NCBI GenBank assembly: GCA_963812135.1
Contig: CAWETU010000001.1
Location: 1,216,001-1,280,000, forward strand
Source of the DNA: Vulcanimicrobiota bacterium
GTDB taxonomy: Bacteria > Vulcanimicrobiota > Vulcanimicrobiia > Eremiobacterales > Eremiobacteraceae
Reading direction: 5' to 3'
Length of the DNA stretch: 64,000 nt
Part shown: piece by piece, positions 9,175 to 18,263 of the stretch
How the letters are laid out: the number at the start of each line of letters is the position of its first letter
How positions within the stretch are numbered: the stretch's first letter is position 1
Notes under the pieces: model-generated
The model's database searches: none
Told to the model about the DNA's origin: nothing
The model's input: the letters and a program-made list of their open reading frames with translations, nothing else
Translations under genes and position numbers: made by a program

Positions 9175-10575
9175 ATGAAGAGATGGATATTTGCGGGCTT
9201 TGCGTTTTGTTTGCTGATCGCGCAGCCACGACTTGCCAATGCGGCGGTGAGCGCATCGCTGTCGATCGTCGGGCCGAGCACGTACAACGGCTGCCCGGCC
9301 ACCGTCAAGTTCACCGGTACCATCAACGGCGCCGCCGGTACCAAACTCACGTATAGCTTCAACCGCTTCATCAACGGCACGCAACAAGTCGTCGCCGGCG
9401 CGACCATGACGCTGCCGGCTACTGGCTCGATCAGCGTCAATGACTCCATCACACTATCATCATCGGCGACCGGCAACACGTTCGACCAGCTATGGGTGCA
9501 CGGCATCTCCAGCGGTCAACCCGACGTGTACTCTAATGAAGCGCATTTCACAGTCAACTGCATCGTCGCAACGCCGACACCAGGTCCGACGCCGCCCCCA
9601 GCGCCCAATTCCTTGAGCAGCACCAACGATCCGCAGGTCTGTACTGCGCACGGTGGTTTTGGCGCCGGCCTCGCCTGTTCAGCCGGATTCCACAATGGCT
9701 GGCTCGCGCTCATCTGGAACGCGCCCAACGCGTGCGGGAATTGCATCGATGGCTATAACGTCTACCGCGTCGACGGCGGACAGCACACCTTTGTCTACAA
9801 GCAGAACAACGGCAAAGACGTGACCGTCGCGCTGGTGACCACGCCGAGCGACGGTTTCAACGGCAAGTGCTATTCGGTCACGGCGTACACCGGCAATCGG
9901 GAGTCAAATGACACCGGACCGTTCTGCGTGAGCGGCCCGATCGACACACCAGTCGTGCGCAGCTTCAACGTCACGCCGAACGCCTCGCGCTACGTGTATC
10001 ATCACTACACCTACACCGGTTTTGGGCCGGGCTGCGGCCTGAGCACGACGGGCACGAAACCGCCGAACGGACTTCCCGTGGGCTTCCAGCACGACTACGG
10101 AAGCTCGGTCGGCATCACGTGCTACGAAGACACGTTCGTGTATCAGAGCGCGGTGAGCTTCGATCTCGGCAGCGCGGGCATTCTCTTGCGCAACTCGAAG
10201 GCCAGCGTCAAGAACGCCACCATGACGTTCCAACGAGTCGACGGCGACGGCAGCTGCCTCGCCGGTGTGCATCTGCCGACGGGTGACTGGTCCAACGCGC
10301 AAGATCTGATCCCGAACACCGACTTCATCAGCGGTATTCCGTGGAGCAGCAACCCGATCAGCGTCAGCATGCCTGGAGTGAAGATCTCATCGGGTGGGAG
10401 CTATTCCATCGACGTGACCTCGGCGATCAACAACTTCGCGAAGGGGAATTGGGCGGATCACGGATTCTTGCTCATCGGCGGCAATGAAGACACGAGCGGA
10501 TTCCACGACAATAACTCGTGCGAAACAGGGTATGGGAACTTCTCGCTCAACGTGCAGGTGATCATCCAGCCCTGA
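9175..10575 (+). CDS. Secreted modular protein (Ig-like + FN3-like + DNRLRE-like)
   Basis: Signal peptide; YNGCPATVKFTGTI; Pro/Thr linker; IDVTSAINNFAKGNWADHGFLL. Confidence 0.85.
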   Translation: MKRWIFAGFAFCLLIAQPRLANAAVSASLSIVGPSTYNGCPATVKFTGTINGAAGTKLTYSFNRFINGTQQVVAGATMTLPATGSISVNDSITLSSSATGNTFDQLWVHGISSGQPDVYSNEAHFTVNCIVATPTPGPTPPPAPNSLSSTNDPQVCTAHGGFGAGLACSAGFHNGWLALIWNAPNACGNCIDGYNVYRVDGGQHTFVYKQNNGKDVTVALVTTPSDGFNGKCYSVTAYTGNRESNDTGPFCVSGPIDTPVVRSFNVTPNASRYVYHHYTYTGFGPGCGLSTTGTKPPNGLPVGFQHDYGSSVGITCYEDTFVYQSAVSFDLGSAGILLRNSKASVKNATMTFQRVDGDGSCLAGVHLPTGDWSNAQDLIPNTDFISGIPWSSNPISVSMPGVKISSGGSYSIDVTSAINNFAKGNWADHGFLLIGGNEDTSGFHDNNSCETGYGNFSLNVQVIIQP

Positions 10576-10617
10576 GCTGGGCTGCTGGGGCGCGATCAAT
10601 ACGGAAAGGCGGCTTTT

Positions 10618-11130
10618 ATGCGATGCTTCGCACTACTGACCGGTTCAGTGTTGGCTCTGGTGCTCGCTTTGCCAGCTTCGGCTCGGGCGGACTATGCTGG
10701 GGAAGCGCAAACTAAAAGACTCTTGCCCCTGCTTGGAACTTGGACGTGCACCAACAACGGTATACTACCGGCTCAACGGAACCCCGAAGTTTGGACGGTC
10801 ACGCAAGAAGGCGGTTGGGTCGTTGCGAGCATCACCGGCGACAACCCAGGCATGAACTACAAGCGATTTGATCTTGTCTTGCAAAAGTACATTCAGGTCG
10901 ACATACGTTTCGACATCGGCCAGGGGGGCTTGGCGTCCACTTCTGAAACGAGCGATATTGATCCGCTCAACGCGACCTGGAGACGGTCAAACCCCTTTAG
11001 CTATCCCAGTAGTTATTATGATCCGTCTCCGGAGAAGGAGACGTTTTCGGGGAACACGCTCACGTTGGTTGGGCAATACACTCATGGAGGAAAAGCCACT
11101 CCGTATAAAACGGTCTGTACCAAGTCATAG
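10618..11130 (+). CDS. Secreted beta-rich protein (L..L.GTW.C family, DUF1579-like)
   Basis: Signal peptide; LLPLLGTWTC and C-terminal VCTK shared with 36121..36663 and 50388..50957. Confidence 0.7.
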   Translation: MRCFALLTGSVLALVLALPASARADYAGEAQTKRLLPLLGTWTCTNNGILPAQRNPEVWTVTQEGGWVVASITGDNPGMNYKRFDLVLQKYIQVDIRFDIGQGGLASTSETSDIDPLNATWRRSNPFSYPSSYYDPSPEKETFSGNTLTLVGQYTHGGKATPYKTVCTKS

Positions 11131-11133
11131 GCG

Positions 11134-11922
11134 TCAGCGCTCGCGCGCTTGCTGATCGTCGCGCTGGACCGCCCAATGCAGATAATTCGGTACGCCGGTC
11201 GGTCCGCTCGTGAAGCGCACGACGGCGATGCCGACAAATAGAGCGGCGAGCGCTGCCGCAGAGATGCCCAGCGCGCGTCGTGTTCGCGCAGGTCGCAGTT
11301 CGATCGTCCCGGTGATCATCGAGAGCACCGTTGGGATGCCGGCGCGCATGACCTGTACAAGATGGATCGCGATGAAGATCAGAAAGAGCGTGGCGATCGC
11401 GACGTGCGCCGCCAGAACCACGTGCTGGCCGCCCAGGGAACCGATAAGCCACGGGAGCTGGCGTCTGAACCAGAGCGCGAGACCGGTGACTATCATCAGC
11501 GCGCCGAGCGTGAGGACACCGGTGTAGGCGACCTTCTGCGCCGCGTTGTACTCAGCTCGGTGCATCGTCTTCGCGGGATTGCGCAGTTCCGCGATGGTCG
11601 CGCGTATGGCGTCCCCGAGCCAGGTTTTTGCGTTGGGTACAAGGCGTCGCCACGACGCCGTTCGCAGCGCGACGACACCGTACCAGAGCGCATTTGCGAT
11701 CATCACAAGCGCGAACCCCAGATGCCATGCGCGGCCCGCGGTTGCGTCTGCACGCAACTGCAACGCGGAGAAGAGCCAGCCCGGTAGCGCGTGGACGATC
11801 GTCGCGAAGTGGCGGTCGCTCGCGAACATCGCGAAACCGCTCCACAGCAAGACGAATATGGTCAGCGCGTTGATCCAGTGGCCGATCCGCACGTGTAGTG
11901 GGCGCGTTTGCTCATGTGACAT
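11134..11922 (-). CDS. Cytochrome b/b6 domain membrane protein (Ni/Fe-hydrogenase cyt b / YdhU-like)
   Basis: VRIGHWINA, RAWH, YNAAQKVAY, H...H heme ligands in TM helices; start at MSHEQ. Confidence 0.85.
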   Translation of the reverse strand: MSHEQTRPLHVRIGHWINALTIFVLLWSGFAMFASDRHFATIVHALPGWLFSALQLRADATAGRAWHLGFALVMIANALWYGVVALRTASWRRLVPNAKTWLGDAIRATIAELRNPAKTMHRAEYNAAQKVAYTGVLTLGALMIVTGLALWFRRQLPWLIGSLGGQHVVLAAHVAIATLFLIFIAIHLVQVMRAGIPTVLSMITGTIELRPARTRRALGISAAALAALFVGIAVVRFTSGPTGVPNYLHWAVQRDDQQARER

Positions 11923-12045
11923 AGGTTTACAGTAGCCTCGCCGGCTGAGAACGTGCCATGAGTCAGTCAGAATCTCACCTGGCATTCATCCTCGGGAACG
12001 GCTTAGAAGCGCTTGCTTGTACGGGCCCCGTTCTTGGCCCAAGGC

Positions 12046-12080
12046 CGGGGACGCGCTGGCAACGCCAGGTGTGTTAGCGT
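12046..12080 (+). promoter_or_regulatory. Putative SARP-activated promoter 1 (two 11-bp-spaced repeats + extended -10)
   Basis: cGGGGACGC-gct-GGCAACGC-caggtg-TGT-TAGCGT; 24/35 identical and ungapped to 15806..15840; ends 7 nt before ATG 12088. Confidence 0.6.
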
Positions 12081-12087
12081 GGCGCTA

Positions 12088-12279
12088 ATGGACAAGCGGC
12101 GGCACCTCGCCTTCGTGGTGAAGCTTTGGCTCGAACCGAGCGACGCAGCGGATGCGCGCTGGCGTGGCGTCGTGCAATCGCTGGACGACCAGCGCCGACG
12201 CTATTTCTCCGACCTCTCGGATGCGGTCGAGTTCTTGCGCGCGGCGATGAAGGTGGAAAGCTCCGCGCCGCCGCCGTAG
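12088..12279 (+). CDS. Small 63-aa protein (FVVKLW.E...WRG.V......RRYF..L...EFL family) upstream of BTAD-STAND regulator
   Basis: ATG 12088; motif pattern resembles small uncharacterised proteins I recall beside BTAD/ATPase regulators. Confidence 0.75.
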   Translation: MDKRRHLAFVVKLWLEPSDAADARWRGVVQSLDDQRRRYFSDLSDAVEFLRAAMKVESSAPPP

Positions 12280-12324
12280 GCCAGACCGGGCGGGCTTCCG
12301 CGCGCGCCTCCTGAACCTTCCGTC

Positions 12325-15300
12325 ATGCCCGAGACAGTCACGGTTAGACTTCGGCTTCGTCTGCTCGGTCCACCGCAGATCGTCGACGACGCCGATCCGG
12401 GATGGCGGTTTCTCCCCAAACGCAAGAGCCTCGAACTCTTAGCGTATTTGGCGCTGCACGCGGAAAGCCAGCTCGGGCGAGACACGGTCGCATTCGCGCT
12501 TTGGCCGGACGCCAATGAGGAGGACGCCCGCGCCAACCTACGGCGCAACCTGCACGTGTTGGTCCCGTTGCTGCCGGCCGCCGCGACGTGGATCTTGGTG
12601 CAGCCCGAAACCTTGCAGTGGAACGTAGAGGCGCCGGCGTGGTGCGATGTCGCCGCCTTCCGCGCTGCCGTCGAGCAGCGTGATTTCGCCGAGGCGGCGC
12701 GGCTGTATCGCGGGGAACTGCTGGCCGGCTTCTATGACGAGTGGATTCTCGAAGAGCGCGAGCGGCTGGTCCGCGCTCATCACGATGCGTTGACGCAGCT
12801 CGTGCGCGAGCACCGCACGCGGCGCGACTTCGCCGCGGCCGCCGGCTACGCGCAGCAACTGCTCGATAGCGATCCGTGGCGTGAAGACGCAGTGCGCCAC
12901 TTGATCGCGATTCGCTACGAAGCCGGGGATCGGGCCGCGGCCCTCCGATGTTACGACTCGTTCGCCGAACGCCTGCGCGCAGAGATGAACGTCGAACCGA
13001 TGCCGGAGACCCAAGCCCTGCGCGACGCAATCCTACATTCGCGCTCGACCGGCGACGTGCGCGGCGCAGCGGCGACGATCGCATCGGTGGCGCCGAGTCA
13101 AGCCGAGCCGGCGTGGACGCTGCCCTTCGTGGGCCGAGAGCGGGAGCTCGACACGCTGCGCGCGTGGTGGAACCGCGCCGCGACCGGCGCCGGGGCGGCG
13201 GTCTTCGTCGGCGGCGAAGCCGGGATCGGCAAGAGCAGCCTGGTGCGAGCCTTCGCCGCGCAGGTCGGTGACGAGGGCGGGCGCGTGTTGTATGGTGGCA
13301 CGTCGAGCCCCGAGCGCTTTCCCTATCAGGCGGTGCTCGACGCGCTGGCAGGAGCATCATCGTTGATCGCCGCCTCTGGGGTGGAGTCGACCTGGTTGCG
13401 CGAGCTGGGTGAACTGCTGCCAGAGCTCAAGATGCTACGAACGGCAGCCGAGGCGCGCCGCGCGCCGCCGAGCGAGCTTGACCCCGAGCGCAGGAGGATG
13501 CGTCTATTCGAGGCCATGGCTCGGGTGATAGAGACGCTGGCCGAATCGCGCCCATTGGTGCTCGTCGTGGAAGACGTCCACTGGGCCGGCCCCGCGACGC
13601 TCGAGCTCTTGGGTTATCTCGTATCGCGTCTTGCGGAAAGCCATGTTCTGATCGTCGCGACGTATCGCGCTGACGAGCTGACTAGCGGCCACAAGCTTAC
13701 GGACTTACGCCGGGATTTGATCGCCCGCTCGCGCGCCGCAAATGTCCAGCTCGGGGCGCTCTCGCGCGAAGAAGTCCAAGTCGTGGTGCAAAGCGTTTGG
13801 AAGTCGGATAGCGCCGCGCCCTCAGGGGTCCAGTGGCACGAGCGCAGCGCCGGCAATCCGCTGTTCCTGAGCGAGCTGTTACGCGACGCGATCGAGGCCG
13901 GCTCGACCGACGCGCTGCCGGCTCACATCAAAGACGCCATCGCTGCACGCCTCGACCGACTATCGGACACCGCGCGCGCGACGATCAACCTCGCGTCGGT
14001 CGTCGGTGAGGCGGTCGACTTCGAAGTGATCGGCGCAGCATCGGGTTGGGACGAGAACAGGATTGCGGACGCGCTGGCAGAGTTGCTCGAACGCCGTATG
14101 CTGCGGGAGACGTTCGATCGGGCGAGGCTGCGCTACGCCTTCACGCATGACCTCGTGCGCCAATCCGCATACGCATCGATTCAACCCGACCGCCGCCGGA
14201 CGAATCATCGCATGGTGGCGCGGGCGCTGGAACGGACGTTCTCGGGTCGCCTAGATGAGTACGCGTTCGAGATCGCGTCGCACTACGACGCCGGCGCGCA
14301 ACCTACGGCCGCCGTGCCGTGGTACCTGAGAGCATCGCGCGCCGCCTTGGCCAGCTTCGCGAATGCCGAAGCTGCGGAATATGCGTCGCGCGGTTTGGCG
14401 CATGCGGACGAATCGGCGCAAGCGCAGCTGTTCCTGATCCGCGCAACCGCGCGCGGTCGCCTGGGTGAACAAGAACGTGAGATGGCCGATCTGCAGATGC
14501 TGGAGCGGCTGGCGCAGCAGCGGCCGGATCGCGCGCTTGGCCTGGAGGTGCTCGAACGCCTCATCGGCCGCCATCTCGACGCTGGACGTCTTGAAAGCGC
14601 GACCGCCGAACTCGCAAAAATGCGCGCGCTGCTCGCCAAAGATAGCGGACTCGGCACCGCGCTCGCGGACGAGCTCGAGGCCCGCATCGCCTATGAACAG
14701 GGGCGCTACGACGTTGCTGATGCGCTTTTCGAACGGACGTCGCGCGCGTACCGCCTTGCCGCCGATGCGCGCGAGACGCGAGCCGCAGGATACCATGCGG
14801 TTGCGCTGCGTCGGCAGGGCAGGTTCGACGATGCCGCGGCGATTCTGGAGCACGCGGCCGAGTCGCTCGCAACGGTCGACGATCCCGTTCGGCGCATCCA
14901 GCACTTCCAGGCGCGGATCTTGGTGGCGAGCGCCAAGCAAGAACACGCTGCGAGCAAAGCAGATGCCGACGAGATGCTGAGCCTCGCCAAGCAGATCGGC
15001 GATCGGCGCGCCGAAGCCGACGCGCGGCACTACCTGGGGATCGCGTTGGGCAAGCTTGAGCAGTTCGACGCCGCCGAGGAGCACTTCGCGGCGGCCATCG
15101 CGATCAACAAGCTGATCGGCCAACGCGCGGCCAATGCGGCGGTGCTGCGCAACTACGCGGCGATGCAAATGGATCGCTATCGCTACCGCCGCTGTTTGGA
15201 GCTCACGCGCGAAGCGGAGGAGCTTTCCGATCAGACGTTTCACCTCGCCATCTGCGCCTACAATGAGATGGTAGCCCTGCGCCATCTCGACGAATTCGAG

Positions 15301-15792
15301 GCTGCCCTCGCGCAGGGCAAGCGCGCCGCTCAACTCGCGGTGGCCGAATCACATGCGGCGCTGCGCGGAGCGGCCTTGACCTGCATCGGACGCTGCCTTT
15401 TGGCGCTCGGTCAGCCTGACGAGGCACGGCGCAGCGTTGATGAGGGCGTCGGACTGCTGCGCGGCGCAGGCATCAGCGCGCATCTCGGAATCGCGCTCGC
15501 TGATTCGATCGAGGTCTCGTTGGCGGCCGGAGCCGTCGGCAAGGCCGAGGCGTCCGCTCGAGAGATTCTCGCGCTGCGCGATGGGGGTACGGCGTTGCTT
15601 GAGCGGGCGAGCGTTCTGGAAGCCGCCGCGCGGGCATTGCAGGCCAGCGGGGACACGAACGCCGCGTCCGGCGCGCAGCGGGATGCCCTGCAGGCGCTGG
15701 AAGCCACCCTGATCGCGGTCGGGTCGGACTCGCCAGAGGCGATGTGGCTGCGTGGGCAGCCGTGGTGCCGGCGGTTGCTTATCAGCGCTTGA
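12325..15792 (+). CDS. SARP-type winged HTH + BTAD + STAND ATPase + TPR transcriptional regulator (AfsR-like)
   Basis: LRLLGPP...LLAYLAL...LWP...ARANLR; BTAD LYRGELLAG..DEW...DPWRED; Walker A GEAGIGKS; Walker B LVVEDVHWA; GNPLFL; YAFTHDLVR; TPR tail. Confidence 0.92.
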   Translation: MPETVTVRLRLRLLGPPQIVDDADPGWRFLPKRKSLELLAYLALHAESQLGRDTVAFALWPDANEEDARANLRRNLHVLVPLLPAAATWILVQPETLQWNVEAPAWCDVAAFRAAVEQRDFAEAARLYRGELLAGFYDEWILEERERLVRAHHDALTQLVREHRTRRDFAAAAGYAQQLLDSDPWREDAVRHLIAIRYEAGDRAAALRCYDSFAERLRAEMNVEPMPETQALRDAILHSRSTGDVRGAAATIASVAPSQAEPAWTLPFVGRERELDTLRAWWNRAATGAGAAVFVGGEAGIGKSSLVRAFAAQVGDEGGRVLYGGTSSPERFPYQAVLDALAGASSLIAASGVESTWLRELGELLPELKMLRTAAEARRAPPSELDPERRRMRLFEAMARVIETLAESRPLVLVVEDVHWAGPATLELLGYLVSRLAESHVLIVATYRADELTSGHKLTDLRRDLIARSRAANVQLGALSREEVQVVVQSVWKSDSAAPSGVQWHERSAGNPLFLSELLRDAIEAGSTDALPAHIKDAIAARLDRLSDTARATINLASVVGEAVDFEVIGAASGWDENRIADALAELLERRMLRETFDRARLRYAFTHDLVRQSAYASIQPDRRRTNHRMVARALERTFSGRLDEYAFEIASHYDAGAQPTAAVPWYLRASRAALASFANAEAAEYASRGLAHADESAQAQLFLIRATARGRLGEQEREMADLQMLERLAQQRPDRALGLEVLERLIGRHLDAGRLESATAELAKMRALLAKDSGLGTALADELEARIAYEQGRYDVADALFERTSRAYRLAADARETRAAGYHAVALRRQGRFDDAAAILEHAAESLATVDDPVRRIQHFQARILVASAKQEHAASKADADEMLSLAKQIGDRRAEADARHYLGIALGKLEQFDAAEEHFAAAIAINKLIGQRAANAAVLRNYAAMQMDRYRYRRCLELTREAEELSDQTFHLAICAYNEMVALRHLDEFEAALAQGKRAAQLAVAESHAALRGAALTCIGRCLLALGQPDEARRSVDEGVGLLRGAGISAHLGIALADSIEVSLAAGAVGKAEASAREILALRDGGTALLERASVLEAAARALQASGDTNAASGAQRDALQALEATLIAVGSDSPEAMWLRGQPWCRRLLISA

Positions 15793-15805
15793 CGCCCTCG
15801 CGCCT

Positions 15806-15840
15806 CGGGGACGCAGCGGGGACACCCGGTTTGTTACGCT
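15806..15840 (+). promoter_or_regulatory. Putative SARP-activated promoter 2
   Basis: cGGGGACGC-agc-GGGGACAC-ccggtt-TGT-TACGCT; same spacing as 12046..12080; precedes the 15900/16968 operon. Confidence 0.6.
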
Positions 15841-15899
15841 TCCTCCCGACATGCAGCCGCCCAGCTTGAAACGCTGGGGCGGTGCTGTGGAGGATGGTC

Positions 15900-16949
15900 A
15901 TGAGACCCTGGCTTCTCGTCGTGTTCTTCATCGCGCTCGCCATGGCGACGGCGCGGCCCGCGTTGGCCAACATCACCGGGGCATCGATAGCCGGCGCGCC
16001 GTCGTTCACAGGGCTGTGCCCGGATTCCATGACGTTCAGCGGAACCGTCACGGGGACACCCGGCACGACTTTCAGCTATGCGCTCAACCGCTTCATCAAC
16101 GGGGTGCAGCAGATCGCCGATCAGGGCGCGCACCAGATGCCGGCTTCCGGTCAGTTTCCGGTAAGCGACGCCATCACGATCAACGCCACCACATCGGGCG
16201 CCACCTTCGATCAGATCTGGGTGCACGGCATCGCCGGCGGCCAGATGGACGTGTATAGCAACAAGCAGCCTTTTGCGGTCAACTGCCGAGTGGCGTATCC
16301 CATCGGCATCGGCCCGGGCGTCACCAGCGCGATCGAAACAACGGTGGCACTCGCCCCCTCGAACATGCTGAACACGTACGCGTACCGCGAGACGCAGATG
16401 GCGGGCGGCGGCACACTAGGGTTCGACGTTTGCACCTATTTCGCCCAAAGCAATGGCTCGTATCGAGAGGATGCATGGGCGGGCAAAGAGATCGTCGTCG
16501 GATACGAGCAGCAGCAAGGTTCATCGTGCGACTTCCATGGCAACTACGTCTATCGCGGGGCAGTGAAATTCGATCTTTCAAGCCTGGCGGGTAAGACCGT
16601 CCAAAAAGCGATCTTGACGTTCCACATCAGAGGCAGTCACCAACCGTTGCAGGTCTTTGTTCCGCTTAATTGCGCCGCCGGAGTTTTCATGGGCACGACG
16701 GACTGGACCGTCGGACCTTACCCTGAGAGCTGGGAAGTGCCGGTCGGTGATCTCGTCGGTCCTGTGAGTCAGATCGGCTGGAACGTGAGTCCGATCGACG
16801 TCACCAGTCGCGTCAGCTCGTGGGTGCACGGCGACGTGGCGAACGATGGGTTCACGATGAAGGGCAAGATGGAGAACCTCCATGCGACCGGCGTGGATAT
16901 CTGCTCGACGTACTACAACCAATTCAAGCTGACCGTAACGTACATCTAA
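15900..16949 (+). CDS. Secreted modular protein (Ig-like + DNRLRE-like; lacks middle module)
   Basis: GGAGG RBS 15889-15893; N-terminal module close to 9175 (NRFING.QQ, TFDQ.WVHGI..GQ.DVYSN); YRGAVKFDLS...IDVTSRVSSWVHG...NDGF. Confidence 0.85.
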   Translation: MRPWLLVVFFIALAMATARPALANITGASIAGAPSFTGLCPDSMTFSGTVTGTPGTTFSYALNRFINGVQQIADQGAHQMPASGQFPVSDAITINATTSGATFDQIWVHGIAGGQMDVYSNKQPFAVNCRVAYPIGIGPGVTSAIETTVALAPSNMLNTYAYRETQMAGGGTLGFDVCTYFAQSNGSYREDAWAGKEIVVGYEQQQGSSCDFHGNYVYRGAVKFDLSSLAGKTVQKAILTFHIRGSHQPLQVFVPLNCAAGVFMGTTDWTVGPYPESWEVPVGDLVGPVSQIGWNVSPIDVTSRVSSWVHGDVANDGFTMKGKMENLHATGVDICSTYYNQFKLTVTYI

Positions 16950-16967
16950 ATCTAAAAGGAGAATAAA

Positions 16968-17918
16968 ATGGCTGGATCCATTCGCAGAGTGATATTCATC
17001 ATCGTCGGGCTGGCGCTCGTGGGCTGCAGCTCGGCGTCGACGTTCAACGGCGGGCCGTCACCGACGCCGACACCGTCGTTGACGCGCCTGTATGTCGGCC
17101 TCTCACCGTCCGGCGGACCTGGAACAGTTCCGATCTTCGTGCCGCCGCTGAGCAATGCCAGCACGGCATCGGTCACGGTTCCATTGGCCGGCGCCGGCAG
17201 CCGCGTCTTCGGCATCGCATTCGACTCCTCCAAGACGATGTATGTAGCGGACTACGGCGACGCCAACATCCAGCTGTTCGCGCCGCCGCTGTCAAACGCG
17301 AGCACTCCGACGCTGACCATGGCCAACGGGAGCCTGATTCTCCCCACCGGACTAGCGTTTGACGGCACCGGCAGGCTCTTCGTGGTGGACGGCTTCAACG
17401 AGAACGTCCAAATCTACACGCCGCCGTTCACCGCAGCGGAAACGCCGGCGGTGACGTTCGGAACCGCCACCAATCCGTACAAACTCGCCTTCGACGCGGC
17501 CGGCAAGCTCTACGTGGCGAACTTTACCTCAGCTAACGTCCAGATCTTCACGCCGCCGTTCAGCAATGCGACCACAGCGTCGACGACGATAACGATCGCC
17601 GGCGCCCAACCCGAAGGAGTCGCCTTGGATGCGGCGGGCAATCTCTACGTCTCGGACTACACCAACAGCAAGATCTTTATCTTCAATCCGCCCTTTACCA
17701 ATGCGAGCACGCCTACAACCACGATCAGCGGCGGCACGAGCGGCCTCGCCCACCCGTCGGCGCTGACGTTCGACTCCGCTGGGAATCTCTACGCCGCGAA
17801 CGAGGCCGGGCCGACAGTGACCGTCTACAGCCCGCCCTTCACCGCGTCAAGCGCGCCGGTGACGACGATAACGACTGCCGCTGGAAGCGAGCCGTTCGCC
17901 ATCACCTGGGGCCCGTGA
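16968..17918 (+). CDS. NHL-repeat beta-propeller lipoprotein
   Basis: Lipobox LVGC; repeated P.GLAFD..G.LYVA units; AAGGAG RBS. Confidence 0.88.
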   Translation: MAGSIRRVIFIIVGLALVGCSSASTFNGGPSPTPTPSLTRLYVGLSPSGGPGTVPIFVPPLSNASTASVTVPLAGAGSRVFGIAFDSSKTMYVADYGDANIQLFAPPLSNASTPTLTMANGSLILPTGLAFDGTGRLFVVDGFNENVQIYTPPFTAAETPAVTFGTATNPYKLAFDAAGKLYVANFTSANVQIFTPPFSNATTASTTITIAGAQPEGVALDAAGNLYVSDYTNSKIFIFNPPFTNASTPTTTISGGTSGLAHPSALTFDSAGNLYAANEAGPTVTVYSPPFTASSAPVTTITTAAGSEPFAITWGP

Positions 17919-17987
17919 CGAGTCGGGGGCATTTCGGCGGAGGTCTCGATAAAGGTACCTGGCCATTCTTGGCAATACCATCGCAGC

Positions 17988-18023
17988 ACGCAAAACAGCG
18001 CAACCGCTTGCGCTGTTTTGCGT
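17988..18023. terminator. 16-bp perfect hairpin, probable terminator
   Basis: ACGCAAAACAGCGCAA-ccgc-TTGCGCTGTTTTGCGT downstream of the NHL gene. Confidence 0.55.
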
Positions 18024-18263
18024 TGTGAGATCAAATGGTTGGTAAGCATGTGGTCAGCTATCTCTAAAAAGCATGCAGCAAGTCTCGCGAGCGCTGCTGA
18101 TACACTAACGGCCGATTGCATAAACCTCTAGGGCGTGCCCCATGTGTCGCGTTTGAGCGGGAATGCCTTGCGGGATGCCTAACCGTCCCGGCAATCTTTG
18201 AACAGCGCGACAGGTCATGTTGTGTCGTCCGCTGTTTTCGATTTCCGAGATGGAGGAAACTCT

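Noticed and set aside
3..10575. Diversity-generating retroelement or gene-conversion cassette between paralogues 3..1001 and 9175..10575
   Set aside because: Differences include many synonymous changes throughout, are not adenine-specific, and no reverse transcriptase is present
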